A DNA stretch of 64,000 nucleotides from Polyangiaceae bacterium (lineage in GTDB: Bacteria; Myxococcota_A; Polyangia; Polyangiales; Polyangiaceae): positions 544,001-608,000 of the forward strand of contig CBDCTZ010000005.1 in assembly GCA_965222375.1 (NCBI GenBank), written 5' to 3'. Positions 29,576-39,619 of the stretch are shown here, piece by piece. The notes under the pieces are model-generated. The model was not told the DNA's origin, did not search any database, and saw only the letters and a program-made list of their open reading frames with translations. Every line of letters begins with the position of its first letter. The stretch's first letter is position 1. The translations under genes were made by a program, and so were the position numbers.

Positions 29576-32289
29576 ACCGTCGTCGGATCGAGTTTCTCCG
29601 GGGGAAACCCGAAGTCGTCCAAAGCTTCCTGAACGACGGCTGCGTCGAGCTTGCCGTCCAGGCGCAACGCGTCCATTGCCGCCAAGGCGATACTCTCTGC
29701 GTCCACTTCGAAATGGCGCCGCAGCGCTTCGCGTGTGTCACTCATGCCGAACCCATCCGTACCCAGCGGAACCATTCGCCCCGGAATGAAGCGAGCGAGT
29801 TGGTCTGCGAGAGACTTCATGTAGTCACTTGCAGCAACACAAGGCCCCTTCGCGGATGAGAGCACCTGGCTGATGTAGGGAACCTTCGCCGGCTCCGTCG
29901 GGTGAAGGCGATTGTGGCGCTCGCAAGCCATGGCATCTCGTCGGAGTTCGTTGTAGCTGGTCACACACCACACGTTGGCTGCGACGCCACGCTTGGCCAA
30001 GATTTCCTGGGCGCGCAGCACTTCATTCATGATGGAACCCGAGCCGAACAGCTGCACGCTCTGCTTAGCCCTTTTCAAGCTCGAAGCCTTGTAGGGATAG
30101 ATGCCGCGCAGTATCCCCTCTCGCACGCCTTCAGGCATCGCGGGCATGACGTAGTTCTCGTTCTGGAGCGTGATGTAGTAGAAGACTCTTTCCTCCTCTG
30201 CGTACATTCGCCGAATCCCCTCTTGGATGACCACTGCTAGCTCGTAGGCGAAAGTAATGTCGTAGCTCACGCAGGACGGAAGGGTGCTTGCCAGCACCTG
30301 GCTATGCCCGTCCTGGTGCTGCAGCCCTTCGCCGTTGAGGGTGGTTCGCCCCGCCGTCGCCCCCAGAACGAAACCACGGGCCATGGCGTCGCCGGCGGCC
30401 CAAAGCAGGTCCCCGGTCCGCTGGAAGCCGAACATCGAATACAAGATATAGAAAGGAATCATCGGCTGGGCCTGCATCGCGTAGCTGGTACCCGCCGCGA
30501 TGAAGCTGGCCGTGGAGCCGGCCTCCGTGATGCCCTCTTCCAACACCTGACCGTCCTTACTCTCCCGATAAAAGAGCAACTTGCCCTTGTCGACGGGTTC
30601 GTAGAGCTGGCCCTTGGACGAGTAGATCCCGACTTGAGAGAACAGCGCGTCCATGCCGAAGGTGCGAGCTTCATCGGGAATGATGGGCACGATTCGCTCG
30701 CCAACTCGCTTGTCCCGCAGAAGCTTGCTCAGCATTCGGGCGAAGGCCATGGTGGTGCTGGCCTCACCGCTGCCTGTGCCTTCTAGAAACTCGTTGAAGA
30801 GTTCTTCCCGGGGCAGCTCAATCCGCACCTGCACCCGATCTCGCCGCTTGGGGATCACACCGCCCAGCGCTTGACGATGCTCGAGCATGTACTCCACTTC
30901 CGGACTGTTGAGCCCCGGGTGGTAGAAGGGGGCATCTTCGAGCTCGGCATCGGGCACCGGGAGGTGAAGCACGTCGCGGAACTTCTTGAGTTCCTCGGCC
31001 TCCATCTTCTTCTTCTGGTGAGTCACGTTGGAGGCCTCGAAGCTCTCACCGAGGGTCCAGCCTTTGACGGTATGCGCGAGAATGACCGTGGGCTGCCCCT
31101 TGTGCTCCGTCGCTCTCTTGAACGCCGCGTACACCTTGCGATAGCTATGACCGCCTCGACGCAGCTTGCGGATCTCCTCGTCGGACAGGTGAGCCACCAT
31201 GTGAAGAAGCCGCGGGTCAACACCGAAAAAGTTCTTGCGTGTGTAGGCGCCTTCTTCGGCGGCGTACTTCTGCCATTGTCCGTCTACCACCTCGTTCATT
31301 CGCCGACGCAATACGCCGTCCGTGTCCTGCTCCAGTAATGCGTCCCACTCAGGCCCCCAGATCACTTTCAGCACGTTCCAGCCAGCTCCACGGAACACGG
31401 CCTCGAGCTCCTGAATGATCTTGCCGTTGCCCCGCACCGGCCCATCGAGGCGCTGCAGGTTGCAGTTGATAACGAAAGTCAGGTTATCCAGCGACTCCCG
31501 CGCGGCGATGCTCAAGCTGCCGAGGGATTCGGGTTCGTCAGTCTCGCCATCCCCAAGGAAGGCCCACACGCGGCTCGAGCTGGTGTCAGCAATACCGCGC
31601 CCTTGCAGGTAGCGTAGAAAGCGCGCGTGGTAGATGGCGTTGAGCGGCCCAAGGCCCATGCTCACCGTTGGGAACTCCCAGAAGTTGGACATCAACCGGG
31701 GGTGCGGATAGCTCGATAGCCCACGGCCCCGCTCCGTTTCTTGCCGGAAGCGCTCCATAGCTTCCACGGATAGGCGACCTTCAAGGAACGCGCGAGAGTA
31801 AACGCCGGGAGCAGCGTGACCTTGAAAGTAGACTTGATCGCCGATTTGCCCTTCAGCATCGCGGCCCCGAAAAAAGTGGTTGAAGCCCACTTCGTACAAG
31901 CTGGCGCTCGAGGCGTATGTCGATAGATGGCCGCCAATCCCATGGTGCTCCACGTTCGCGCGGTGCACCATGGCCACGGCATTCCAACGGATGATGCGCC
32001 GGATGCGCTTCTCCATCATCTCGTCCCCAGGGAAAGGCGCTTCCTCTTCTTTGGGAATGGTGTTCACGTAGTCCGTCGTCAGCGGTCCGCTCGGAACCAC
32101 GCGATGTTGCCGGGCCGTGTCGAGTACGCGCTTCAAGAGGTACTGCGCCCGGGCGCCGCCAGCGGACGCGATAACCGCCTCGATGCTCTCGATCCACTCA
32201 CGGGTTTCGTCGGGATCTGGATCCACTGCGTCCTTGCGATAGCTAGGGGGTAGATGCTCCGAGCGACGTTGGTCGTATTGGATAGCCAT
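29572..32289 (-). CDS. aceE: pyruvate dehydrogenase E1, homodimeric type
   Basis: DPDPDETREW, GGHLSTYAS, YFQGHAAPG, WEFPTVSMGLG, GDGETDEPES, GRTTLNGEGLQH. Confidence 0.97.
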   Translation of the reverse strand: MAIQYDQRRSEHLPPSYRKDAVDPDPDETREWIESIEAVIASAGGARAQYLLKRVLDTARQHRVVPSGPLTTDYVNTIPKEEEAPFPGDEMMEKRIRRIIRWNAVAMVHRANVEHHGIGGHLSTYASSASLYEVGFNHFFRGRDAEGQIGDQVYFQGHAAPGVYSRAFLEGRLSVEAMERFRQETERGRGLSSYPHPRLMSNFWEFPTVSMGLGPLNAIYHARFLRYLQGRGIADTSSSRVWAFLGDGETDEPESLGSLSIAARESLDNLTFVINCNLQRLDGPVRGNGKIIQELEAVFRGAGWNVLKVIWGPEWDALLEQDTDGVLRRRMNEVVDGQWQKYAAEEGAYTRKNFFGVDPRLLHMVAHLSDEEIRKLRRGGHSYRKVYAAFKRATEHKGQPTVILAHTVKGWTLGESFEASNVTHQKKKMEAEELKKFRDVLHLPVPDAELEDAPFYHPGLNSPEVEYMLEHRQALGGVIPKRRDRVQVRIELPREELFNEFLEGTGSGEASTTMAFARMLSKLLRDKRVGERIVPIIPDEARTFGMDALFSQVGIYSSKGQLYEPVDKGKLLFYRESKDGQVLEEGITEAGSTASFIAAGTSYAMQAQPMIPFYILYSMFGFQRTGDLLWAAGDAMARGFVLGATAGRTTLNGEGLQHQDGHSQVLASTLPSCVSYDITFAYELAVVIQEGIRRMYAEEERVFYYITLQNENYVMPAMPEGVREGILRGIYPYKASSLKRAKQSVQLFGSGSIMNEVLRAQEILAKRGVAANVWCVTSYNELRRDAMACERHNRLHPTEPAKVPYISQVLSSAKGPCVAASDYMKSLADQLARFIPGRMVPLGTDGFGMSDTREALRRHFEVDAESIALAAMDALRLDGKLDAAVVQEALDDFGFPPEKLDPTTV

Positions 32290-32462
32290 GGTCTTCTTTC
32301 CAAGGTGGGCGAGTTCGCGCAATGCTTGCGTTGGTAGTCCAATCAAGCCGCCGAAAGCTTCGAGGTGTCAACGCAATGACGCCTTTTTTGGGGCCGCCGG
32401 CGGGGGTAGCCAGCGGCAGCGCGGCGTGTCATTCTGGAAATGTAGTGAAGTCCGGACCTGCC

Positions 32463-33344
32463 ATGGGGGCACACGCTGGCCAGAATATTCGTCTGCGCCT
32501 CGGCAACGGCTCCTGGATCCTAGTTAGCGGTGAATATAACATCGGGCGCTCCGCAGACTGCCACATCGTCATCGATAGCCCCCGGGTGTCGCGTCAGCAC
32601 GCCACCCTGCACGTCGACGGCAGCAACGTCACCCTGCGAGACCGAAACAGCTCAAACGGCGTTTTCGTCAACGGCCAAGCGGTGGGAGGCGCCGCAATCG
32701 AACTGCACCCTGACGATCAGTTCGTGATCGGTGACGCCGAGTTCAAGATCGAAACGACCACGGTGTCGGCGATCGAAGCCGCGGCCGACACGCTTCCCCC
32801 AGACAGGCGGTCCTCAGCGCCGCCCGAAGTCTATCGCACCACTTCCGGCACTTTCGTGTCGCCGCCGCGCGCACCGAGCGGAATTGTACCGTCCGAAGCG
32901 TCAACAACTCCCGAGGTCACCGCCAAGCGGCATGCTTTGGAGTTGCTGGGTACGGTCGCCGAGCGCGCGATCTCCGCCGGGCATCCCCAGCGTGCCGAGC
33001 AACTCCTACGGCCCCGGCTGGAGGACCTGATGCGCAAGGTGCGAAGTCGCATTGCCCTCGAACCGGAGACCCGCATTCAAGCCCTGCGTTGGTCACTGCG
33101 CCTCTGTATTGCCCTCAAGCGGACGAGTTGGTTGGAGTACGGCTTGGAGCTCCTGACGCTAACTCGCAATCCGTGCGACGCGGGAAACCTGGCGATGCTC
33201 GCGGACGCCACGAAAGCCGTGCCTTTCGACACTGCTCCGTTCCGCAGCTACGCTGCGGTCCTGCGCGATTTGCCGGGAACCCTTGACAAGATGGCGACGG
33301 AGCGATTCGTCTCCACGCTGCTGGCAAACACCTTGACCCGCTAG
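32463..33344 (+). CDS. FHA domain-containing protein
   Basis: IGRS..VSRQHA..SSNGVFVNG; start uncertain. Confidence 0.88.
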   Translation: MGAHAGQNIRLRLGNGSWILVSGEYNIGRSADCHIVIDSPRVSRQHATLHVDGSNVTLRDRNSSNGVFVNGQAVGGAAIELHPDDQFVIGDAEFKIETTTVSAIEAAADTLPPDRRSSAPPEVYRTTSGTFVSPPRAPSGIVPSEASTTPEVTAKRHALELLGTVAERAISAGHPQRAEQLLRPRLEDLMRKVRSRIALEPETRIQALRWSLRLCIALKRTSWLEYGLELLTLTRNPCDAGNLAMLADATKAVPFDTAPFRSYAAVLRDLPGTLDKMATERFVSTLLANTLTR

Positions 33345-33353
33345 CGATGGGCT

Positions 33354-34271
33354 TCAGAGCGCATCAAAGCCGAATCGAAGAGTGACTGTGGGGACAATCC
33401 CGTAGCTCTCGAGTTCACGGTCGACCTCTGCCGCCGCTTCGTCCGTGAGCGCTTGGGAGTTCGATCCAACTGACTTCGGGCTGCCGCTGACTTCAGAGTT
33501 GGCGTCCAAGGTTCCCATGACCCCAATGCCCAAGCCGGCGACAACCCGCTCGCTCAGGTGCCCCTGATAGCCAGCCTCCACAAACCACAGGCTCAGCTTG
33601 CTGCTCAGTTCGTATTCGCCCACCGCAGACCCGGTGAGGCCCACGGGTTCGGTCACGCTCCCGTTCAGGGACGCGCGGATCAGTCCGCCGTCAAAGTACA
33701 AACCCATACTGGGACTTGGGCGCAGTCCAATGCCGAAGCGATATGCGGTGCCGCTCTCATACAGTGACTGCTCCACTTTCTGTCCGTCTTTTTCGCTGGG
33801 CGTGACAAGTTCGATGTAGGCGTTGGGAATGAAGCCGTAGCCCGCTAGCAAGCGAAACCCTCCGGGGGTCTCCAAGACAACTTGCGCACCGACATCCACG
33901 GGAATGTGGGTAACGCCTTCAAGAGACAGCATCCACTCCGCCGGTGGTCGGCTGGGCGTATTGCCGCCAGCCATGGTTGCTCCGTCCTGCCCCAACGGGG
34001 GAGCGTACCCTTGCCTTTGAACGGGCGTGGGTTGCAGTTGCCGGGGCGGCGCCATCAAGGGAGCGACCGGCCGCTGCGGCGGTTGGCTGACGACAGGCGG
34101 TGGCGGTGGCTGGCTGGCTGCGGGCCGCACCGAAACCGGAAACGAGGCCGCACCGCTCGCCGGCTCCTCGACCGGTTCGAAGGAGGCCGTTGAGCCGGTC
34201 GCTGCAGCGGCGCTACTGAAGCAAATCGTGGCCACGAAAACGGCGACGCGCGTTCGGAAGCCGCGCCGCAC
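33354..34271 (-). CDS. hypothetical exported protein, Pro-rich N-terminus and probable beta-barrel C-terminus
   Basis: Signal-like ICFSSAAAA; alternating beta-strand pattern; ends TLRFGFDAL; start uncertain. Confidence 0.6.
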   Translation of the reverse strand: MRRGFRTRVAVFVATICFSSAAAATGSTASFEPVEEPASGAASFPVSVRPAASQPPPPPVVSQPPQRPVAPLMAPPRQLQPTPVQRQGYAPPLGQDGATMAGGNTPSRPPAEWMLSLEGVTHIPVDVGAQVVLETPGGFRLLAGYGFIPNAYIELVTPSEKDGQKVEQSLYESGTAYRFGIGLRPSPSMGLYFDGGLIRASLNGSVTEPVGLTGSAVGEYELSSKLSLWFVEAGYQGHLSERVVAGLGIGVMGTLDANSEVSGSPKSVGSNSQALTDEAAAEVDRELESYGIVPTVTLRFGFDAL

Positions 34272-34663
34272 TGTTCCAGGGTAAACGGGGCGACTTCCGA
34301 GGCGCATCGACGACAGGATGAGTTGCAGCATGAAGTCCGGGCATTCACAGAGCAGGATCCAGGCCAAACTCGACACTTTCGTCCTGCTCCTTGCGCCTGA
34401 GGATCCGTGACCGGCCTTCGAGTCTGAGAGCACTCGATATCGTTCAGGAAATGACCACGCGCGGTCTCGCGTTCGGCCGTGGGGCCGCACGCTGGTCCGC
34501 AAACAATTACCGTCAACTGCGGCTCACAATGTGCCAACCCTGGGTGCATTTGCTTACGGCTCACGCTTCACCACATCGGCATACCCCCGCCCCGGCTTGA
34601 ACCCGCTCGGGATTAGGGCATATGGCCCGACCCAGGGTCGCGACCCCAAAACCCTCGAGCCAC

Positions 34664-34693
34664 AAAAAGAACCCGACCCGCCGGGAGAGGTTC
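34664..34693 (-). terminator. possible intrinsic terminator of the six-gene operon
   Basis: Minus strand GAACC-tctcccggcgggtcg-GGTTC followed by TTTTT, about 15 nt after the stop at 34708; imperfect stem. Confidence 0.4.
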
Positions 34694-34707
34694 GGAAGGG
34701 TGGTGCG

Positions 34708-35799
34708 CTATTGACACGATCCCGTGAGACCGCCGATCCAAGCTTCAAGCAGCGCGACGCCTTTCGCGTCTACCACCTGAGTTGCCACCGGCGGCATTTG
34801 AACCTTGGGCTCTCGGGACTTCACGCGGCACAACAGGATACTATTTTGAGGATCCCCCGGAACGATGTCATGCACGAGTCCACAGGTGGCTCCGCCGGCG
34901 CTTGTGGGGATCTTGCACACGCCGATGGTGCTCAAGTCCGAGGGCGCTGCGGTTTCCGCCCACGCGAGGAGCAGTCCGCTGGACGCAGCGGCTCGATCCT
35001 TGGCGTGACAGTGGGCGCAGTTAGCATCGAGGTAGGCCCGCGCCCGCTCTTCTATGCTCGCGCTGCCACCGGGGTCCACCATGCGCTGTCGCTGTCCCGC
35101 AGCTGGCGGGTCGCTGCCGAACCACCCGAGGGAAGCAAAGTGATCGATCTGGTTCTTGCTCCCACCGGGGTAGGAAAACTCTCGATCTAGCTGCCGCGTC
35201 ACCCCGCCCAAGGTGTCTGGGGCGTCCTGGCCGTGACACTCGTTGCACAAGTTCGTATTCGGCACGCTGTAACTCAAGGACTGGATCGCGCCGGACTCGT
35301 CGACGAAGCTAACGTCGATGTTGGTGCCCGCAACCTTGCGCTCCGCCTCGGTCTGCTCTTCGTTCCACACGTAGGTATGTCCGACCCAACCGCTGGCCTC
35401 ATGCACCAGGAGTCGGGTTTCGAGCAGGCGCTCGCCTATGCTGGGCTGCCGGGCATCGTTCCAATAAGAAAAAGTCTTGATCAACACGGAGCCCACGGGA
35501 AAGCGCCAGGCACCCTCGGCGTCGTAGTCGATGGTCTGGCCCTCGGGCAGATGAATGAAGCGTCGTTTGAAGGTCCCGTCAGACCATAGGGGGCTGATGA
35601 CGTCGTAGGGCTCGACCCGAGCCGCAGTCGTCTGCGCCTTTCCGTCGGCGAATAGCTGCCACTCACCAAGCGTTGGCCACGGCGCGCCATCCGGCGCGGG
35701 GTTCACCTGCACTTTTGGTTTCGGTTTTTCAGTTTCGTCGTCGCCGCCGCAGCCAGCGAGCAGCAGTGCAAAAGCCAAGATGAACGGGGGGCGGCACAT
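34708..35799 (-). CDS. SO2930/HNE_0200-like di-heme c-type cytochrome lipoprotein
   Basis: Lipobox LAGC; PLWSDG..KRRFIHLP, FPVGSVLIKTF, LETRLL, CNECH, ARAYLDANCAHCH, QMPP. Confidence 0.85.
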   Translation of the reverse strand: MCRPPFILAFALLLAGCGGDDETEKPKPKVQVNPAPDGAPWPTLGEWQLFADGKAQTTAARVEPYDVISPLWSDGTFKRRFIHLPEGQTIDYDAEGAWRFPVGSVLIKTFSYWNDARQPSIGERLLETRLLVHEASGWVGHTYVWNEEQTEAERKVAGTNIDVSFVDESGAIQSLSYSVPNTNLCNECHGQDAPDTLGGVTRQLDREFSYPGGSKNQIDHFASLGWFGSDPPAAGQRQRMVDPGGSASIEERARAYLDANCAHCHAKDRAAASSGLLLAWAETAAPSDLSTIGVCKIPTSAGGATCGLVHDIVPGDPQNSILLCRVKSREPKVQMPPVATQVVDAKGVALLEAWIGGLTGSCQ

Positions 35800-35814
35800 T
35801 GGGGCTCTCCAAGG

Positions 35815-36888
35815 CTAGCGGGGGATACGGAATCCGTCTTCGGGAACTGGCAGACCGCTCGGGACCTCTTTCGGCCGGTGGGGCTCCCGGGTTCGATCAG
35901 TCAGTGCTTTGTCGATGAACGTGGTGATGGCGTCGACCTCGTCGTCTTGCAGTGCGCGGCTCAGCCCAAGGCTTTCTTGAACGCGAACTTCGTATGCGAC
36001 TGCATCCCGAAGGGATGGCGCACTGCCATCGTGGAAATAGGGTTCGGTATCTCGGGCGTTGCGCAGGGTTGGGACGCGGAACGCGCCACGATCGGACGCC
36101 ACCTGGGTCACTTCGAACCGCCCCAGGTCGCCATTGTCGATACCCCGGTTTTCGAAGGCGGGTGAGTCGAAACGAGGAGCCGTGTGGCACGAGTGACAGC
36201 CGGCTTCTGCGAAGAGCTCCATTCCCCGAAGCGCCTCTGCGGACAGTGCGCCCTCATCACCGGCTACGTACTGGTCGTAGGGGGCGCGATCGCTGACGAA
36301 ACTGCGCTGAAACGTGGCCAGCGCTCGGGCAATGTTGTCGGGTGTTGCTGGCTCGTTCTGACCCGGAAACGCAGCCGCAAACAGCTTCTGGTATTCGGCA
36401 ATCGCCCGCAGGTCCAGCGCAGCCTGCTCGGGCTCCTTGTTCAGCTCTCCGGATTCTTGTAGCGGGCGCAGCGCCTGCTGCTCCAGGGACGCATCTCGGC
36501 CATCCCAGAACAGCTCATCCACCAAGGCGATGTTCCAAAGGGTCGGGGCATTGCGCTTGGTGATGTTGGGTCCGATTCGCCCGGGGCCAGTGGGCCCCTC
36601 CCCGTCCACGCCCACGCTGAGAGCGAGACCATCCGACAGTCCCCAAATCTCGCTGTGGCAAGTGGCGCAGGCCGTCAACCCGTCCGCCGAGAGCACGGGA
36701 TCGTAAAACAGCATCCGCCCCAGAGCCTGCTTTTCTGGAGTCGCCGGGTTATCAGCCGGGCTCGTCGCTACGGGCAGTGGCGCGTAGGCCCATGGGATCG
36801 GCGGACCGTCGTAGGGCACGCTCTGCGCCGCATCCTGCTCGCCGGAACAGGCCACCGTGGCGAGCAAGAAGGTGAAGGGCCAGCGCAT
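35815..36888 (-). CDS. di-heme cytochrome c peroxidase/MauG family lipoprotein
   Basis: LGRMLFYDPVLS, CATCH, RNAPTLWN, FWDGR, CHSCH, FRVPTLRN..PYFHDGS. Confidence 0.92.
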   Translation of the reverse strand: MRWPFTFLLATVACSGEQDAAQSVPYDGPPIPWAYAPLPVATSPADNPATPEKQALGRMLFYDPVLSADGLTACATCHSEIWGLSDGLALSVGVDGEGPTGPGRIGPNITKRNAPTLWNIALVDELFWDGRDASLEQQALRPLQESGELNKEPEQAALDLRAIAEYQKLFAAAFPGQNEPATPDNIARALATFQRSFVSDRAPYDQYVAGDEGALSAEALRGMELFAEAGCHSCHTAPRFDSPAFENRGIDNGDLGRFEVTQVASDRGAFRVPTLRNARDTEPYFHDGSAPSLRDAVAYEVRVQESLGLSRALQDDEVDAITTFIDKALTDRTREPHRPKEVPSGLPVPEDGFRIPR

Positions 36889-36890
36889 GC

Positions 36891-38237
36891 TCAGAAGCTG
36901 ACGCCTGGAAGCGCCGTGAGCGTGCAGTCGTGAGGCGTGGAATCCGTCGTGTGGTGCTTGTTGTCGCTGATCCCACCCAGAGGCGCTTGCAGGTTTCGGA
37001 AGGTCGGGTGGGGCTTTGGGCCCAGGCACAACTTGTCACCCGCTGCGGCGGGGTTCTCAAAGCCATCCCAAGCTATGTCCTCGAAGGGCTTGATGTTGAA
37101 CGAACCCACGAGCCCCTGGGGATCCGTGCCGTTGTTGGTGAGGGTGTTCTTGTAGATGTACGTGCCCTCGGGGTCGGGATCCGTGGACGGATCCGGGGTG
37201 CCGCCGATGAGAATGCTGAAGGTCTGAAGGCTGATGATCAACACCGCCGCGCTGTTGTTATTTTCGATGGTGTTGTCGCGAACCTCGGTTTGGTCTGCCG
37301 CGAGGATCAGCATGCCGGTGCCCGCGGGCACGTAGGAGACGACGGTCTTGTCCTCTGCGAAATTGGCGCGATTGTTGCCGGTGATCTTGTTGTTGCGCAC
37401 GAGGGCTCGCACGCCATCCTTTTTCTCCAGGTTGGGCAGCACGAACGCCAAGATCCCCGCCGTATTGTCGAAAGCCTCGTTTTCGTAGACTTCGGCGTCC
37501 GAAGTATTCTCGATTTCGATTCCTGCAACGTTGCCGTGCACCTTGTTGCGTCGGACGATGGCCTGCTCGCACTGACCCACATAAATACCAGCATCCGACG
37601 CACCAATGACTTCTGTGTCTTCGATCAGCACCCTCTTGCTCTTCACGGGGTAGACGGCGTAGGCACCATTGGCCGTGACGGAACCGGCGTCCCAACTGAC
37701 TTTCATCTTGCGGAAGGTGACGTCTTCGGCGCCGGTGACCACGATGCCGTTTCCGGGCGTATTCTTCACCCATAGGTTTTCAACCGTGAAGCCATCGCTG
37801 GTTACGGTGAAACCGTCGTCGCCTTCGGTCTGATCCTTGAAGTCAACGATGGTCTCTTCCGGCTGCGCGCCCAGCCCCTTCACGGTGACGCCTGCTACGT
37901 TCAGGCTGACTTCTTTCGTGATCGAAAAGCTCCCCGGGCACAGGCACACCGTGCCTCCGCTCTTCACATCGATGAGTGCGGACTGGAACGCTTCTGTATC
38001 GTTGCTGCCCGGCTCCACGACTTGCGTGCACTCTGAGGTATCGGCTCCCCCGCAGGTCGCCCCACCACCCTGCCCACCGGCACCGGCTTTTCCGCCCGCC
38101 CCTCCAGTCGCGCCCCCGCTGCCACCGCTACTCGCAACGGTATCGTCATCGCTGCAGCCGGCGCTCAGCGCCGACAGACCGACCAGGCCCGCGAGGCTAA
38201 CTACGGAAAAGCACTCGGAAATTCTAGATAAGCTCAT
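36891..38237 (-). CDS. parallel beta-helix repeat lipoprotein (family that pairs with SO2930-like cytochromes)
   Basis: Lipobox SAGC; NGAYAVYPV, GASDAGIYVGQ, NVAGIEIEN, NTAGILAFVLPNL, NNRANFA. Confidence 0.88.
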   Translation of the reverse strand: MSLSRISECFSVVSLAGLVGLSALSAGCSDDDTVASSGGSGGATGGAGGKAGAGGQGGGATCGGADTSECTQVVEPGSNDTEAFQSALIDVKSGGTVCLCPGSFSITKEVSLNVAGVTVKGLGAQPEETIVDFKDQTEGDDGFTVTSDGFTVENLWVKNTPGNGIVVTGAEDVTFRKMKVSWDAGSVTANGAYAVYPVKSKRVLIEDTEVIGASDAGIYVGQCEQAIVRRNKVHGNVAGIEIENTSDAEVYENEAFDNTAGILAFVLPNLEKKDGVRALVRNNKITGNNRANFAEDKTVVSYVPAGTGMLILAADQTEVRDNTIENNNSAAVLIISLQTFSILIGGTPDPSTDPDPEGTYIYKNTLTNNGTDPQGLVGSFNIKPFEDIAWDGFENPAAAGDKLCLGPKPHPTFRNLQAPLGGISDNKHHTTDSTPHDCTLTALPGVSF

Positions 38238-39619
38238 GGGGCTCCTCGTTCATGCCGGCCAACTGCCCGCGACTTGTCCTGGATCATTTCACCGGCGGCG
38301 GCAAGTCCGGGACGCATTCGATGCTCCAACGCTTCCACCGATGCAACCGGATGGACTTCGGGCAGAATACGCGCTTGGGGTCGCGCCCACACCAGTTGCA
38401 CGTCACCGAGGTACCTCTCTCGAAACGCGCCCTCGCAGTACGCCAGGTAAACCTCCCACGTGCGACAGAATGCTTCGGAATGCCCCAAGGCCTTCACCGC
38501 CTCGCGCTGCGCGAGAAAACGCTCTCGCCAGCGCCTGAGCGTCAAGGCGTAATGCTCAGTAATCTCCTCCAGATGAACCAAGCGCAGATCGCTGGACCGT
38601 GTTGCGCTGGCAGTGAGCGCGGTCACGCTGGGAATGCAGCTGCCAGGGAAAATGTAGCGCTTGATGAAATCCACGTCGTCCTTGGCGGCTTCATATGCCT
38701 GATCTTCGATCGTGATGCTCTGCACTAGCGCGAGGCCCTCCGGCACGAGCAAGCCTGAGAGTTTTGAGAAGTAGCTATCGAAGTAGCGATAGCCGACCGC
38801 CTCGATCATCTCGATGCTCACTATCTTGTCGAAGCTGCCCGCCAGCTCGCGGTAGTCCGAGAGTTTCACGGTGATGCGATCTGCCAGGCCCGCGCTGCTC
38901 ACCCGCTCACGCACGTGCTCGAATTGGCGCCGACTGAGCGTCGTCGTCGTGACGTGCACGCCGTACTCCGTCGCCGCATGCAGTGCCAGCGAGCCCCAAC
39001 CACTGCCAATCTCGAGGAGGTGCTCACCCGGACTCAAGCGTAGCTTGCGACAGACTCGGTCGTTCTTCGCGCGGCTGGCCTGCTGCAACGACATGTCAGG
39101 GCGTTCAAACACGGCGGCGGAGTAGGAAAGGGTCGGATCCAACCACAGAGCGTAGAACTCGTTGCCGAGATCATAGTGCGCCTCGATATTATCGCGGCTG
39201 CCCTGAGGCGTGTTTTCGCGCAGCGCGTGCAACAGGCGCATGGCGGGCTGGGAAAGCCGGGCTAGGCGCCCGTCCAAGCTCTGAAGCGCGGCGCGATTGC
39301 GAAGGAACAACCGAACCAGGTCCACCAAATTGTTACAAGACACTGCGCCCAAAACGTAGCTTTCTCCGAAGCCCACGCTGCCGCGCAGTGCCAAGTCCGT
39401 CCACACCCTGGAGTCGTTGACGCGGGCTTGCACATCCAAATCCTGACGGTCGCCTTTGCCGCCAACCCGCAACACGCCACCCACGTCCGCAATCGTCAGC
39501 CGCCCCTCGGTGATCTTGTTCAACGCCGCGCTAACCATGCGCCGCGACAACCGGTCCAAGAACGGTAGGCTCGGCAGGGTGGCGTGGTCCCCAACGCGCA
39601 GCAGACTGCTTTCGCTCAT
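38234..39619 (-). CDS. cfa: cyclopropane-fatty-acyl-phospholipid synthase family SAM methyltransferase (UfaM/UfaA1-like)
   Basis: NIEAHYDLGNEFY, LLEIGSGWG, SIEMIEAVG, FIKRYIFPG, YLAYCEGAF. Confidence 0.92.
   Translation of the reverse strand: MSESSLLRVGDHATLPSLPFLDRLSRRMVSAALNKITEGRLTIADVGGVLRVGGKGDRQDLDVQARVNDSRVWTDLALRGSVGFGESYVLGAVSCNNLVDLVRLFLRNRAALQSLDGRLARLSQPAMRLLHALRENTPQGSRDNIEAHYDLGNEFYALWLDPTLSYSAAVFERPDMSLQQASRAKNDRVCRKLRLSPGEHLLEIGSGWGSLALHAATEYGVHVTTTTLSRRQFEHVRERVSSAGLADRITVKLSDYRELAGSFDKIVSIEMIEAVGYRYFDSYFSKLSGLLVPEGLALVQSITIEDQAYEAAKDDVDFIKRYIFPGSCIPSVTALTASATRSSDLRLVHLEEITEHYALTLRRWRERFLAQREAVKALGHSEAFCRTWEVYLAYCEGAFRERYLGDVQLVWARPQARILPEVHPVASVEALEHRMRPGLAAAGEMIQDKSRAVGRHERGAP

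Noticed and set aside
34272..34663. Long intergenic region with palindrome GGGTCGCGACCC as a possible ncRNA (6S, SRP, riboswitch)
   Set aside because: No recognisable RNA family motif; needs an Rfam covariance search
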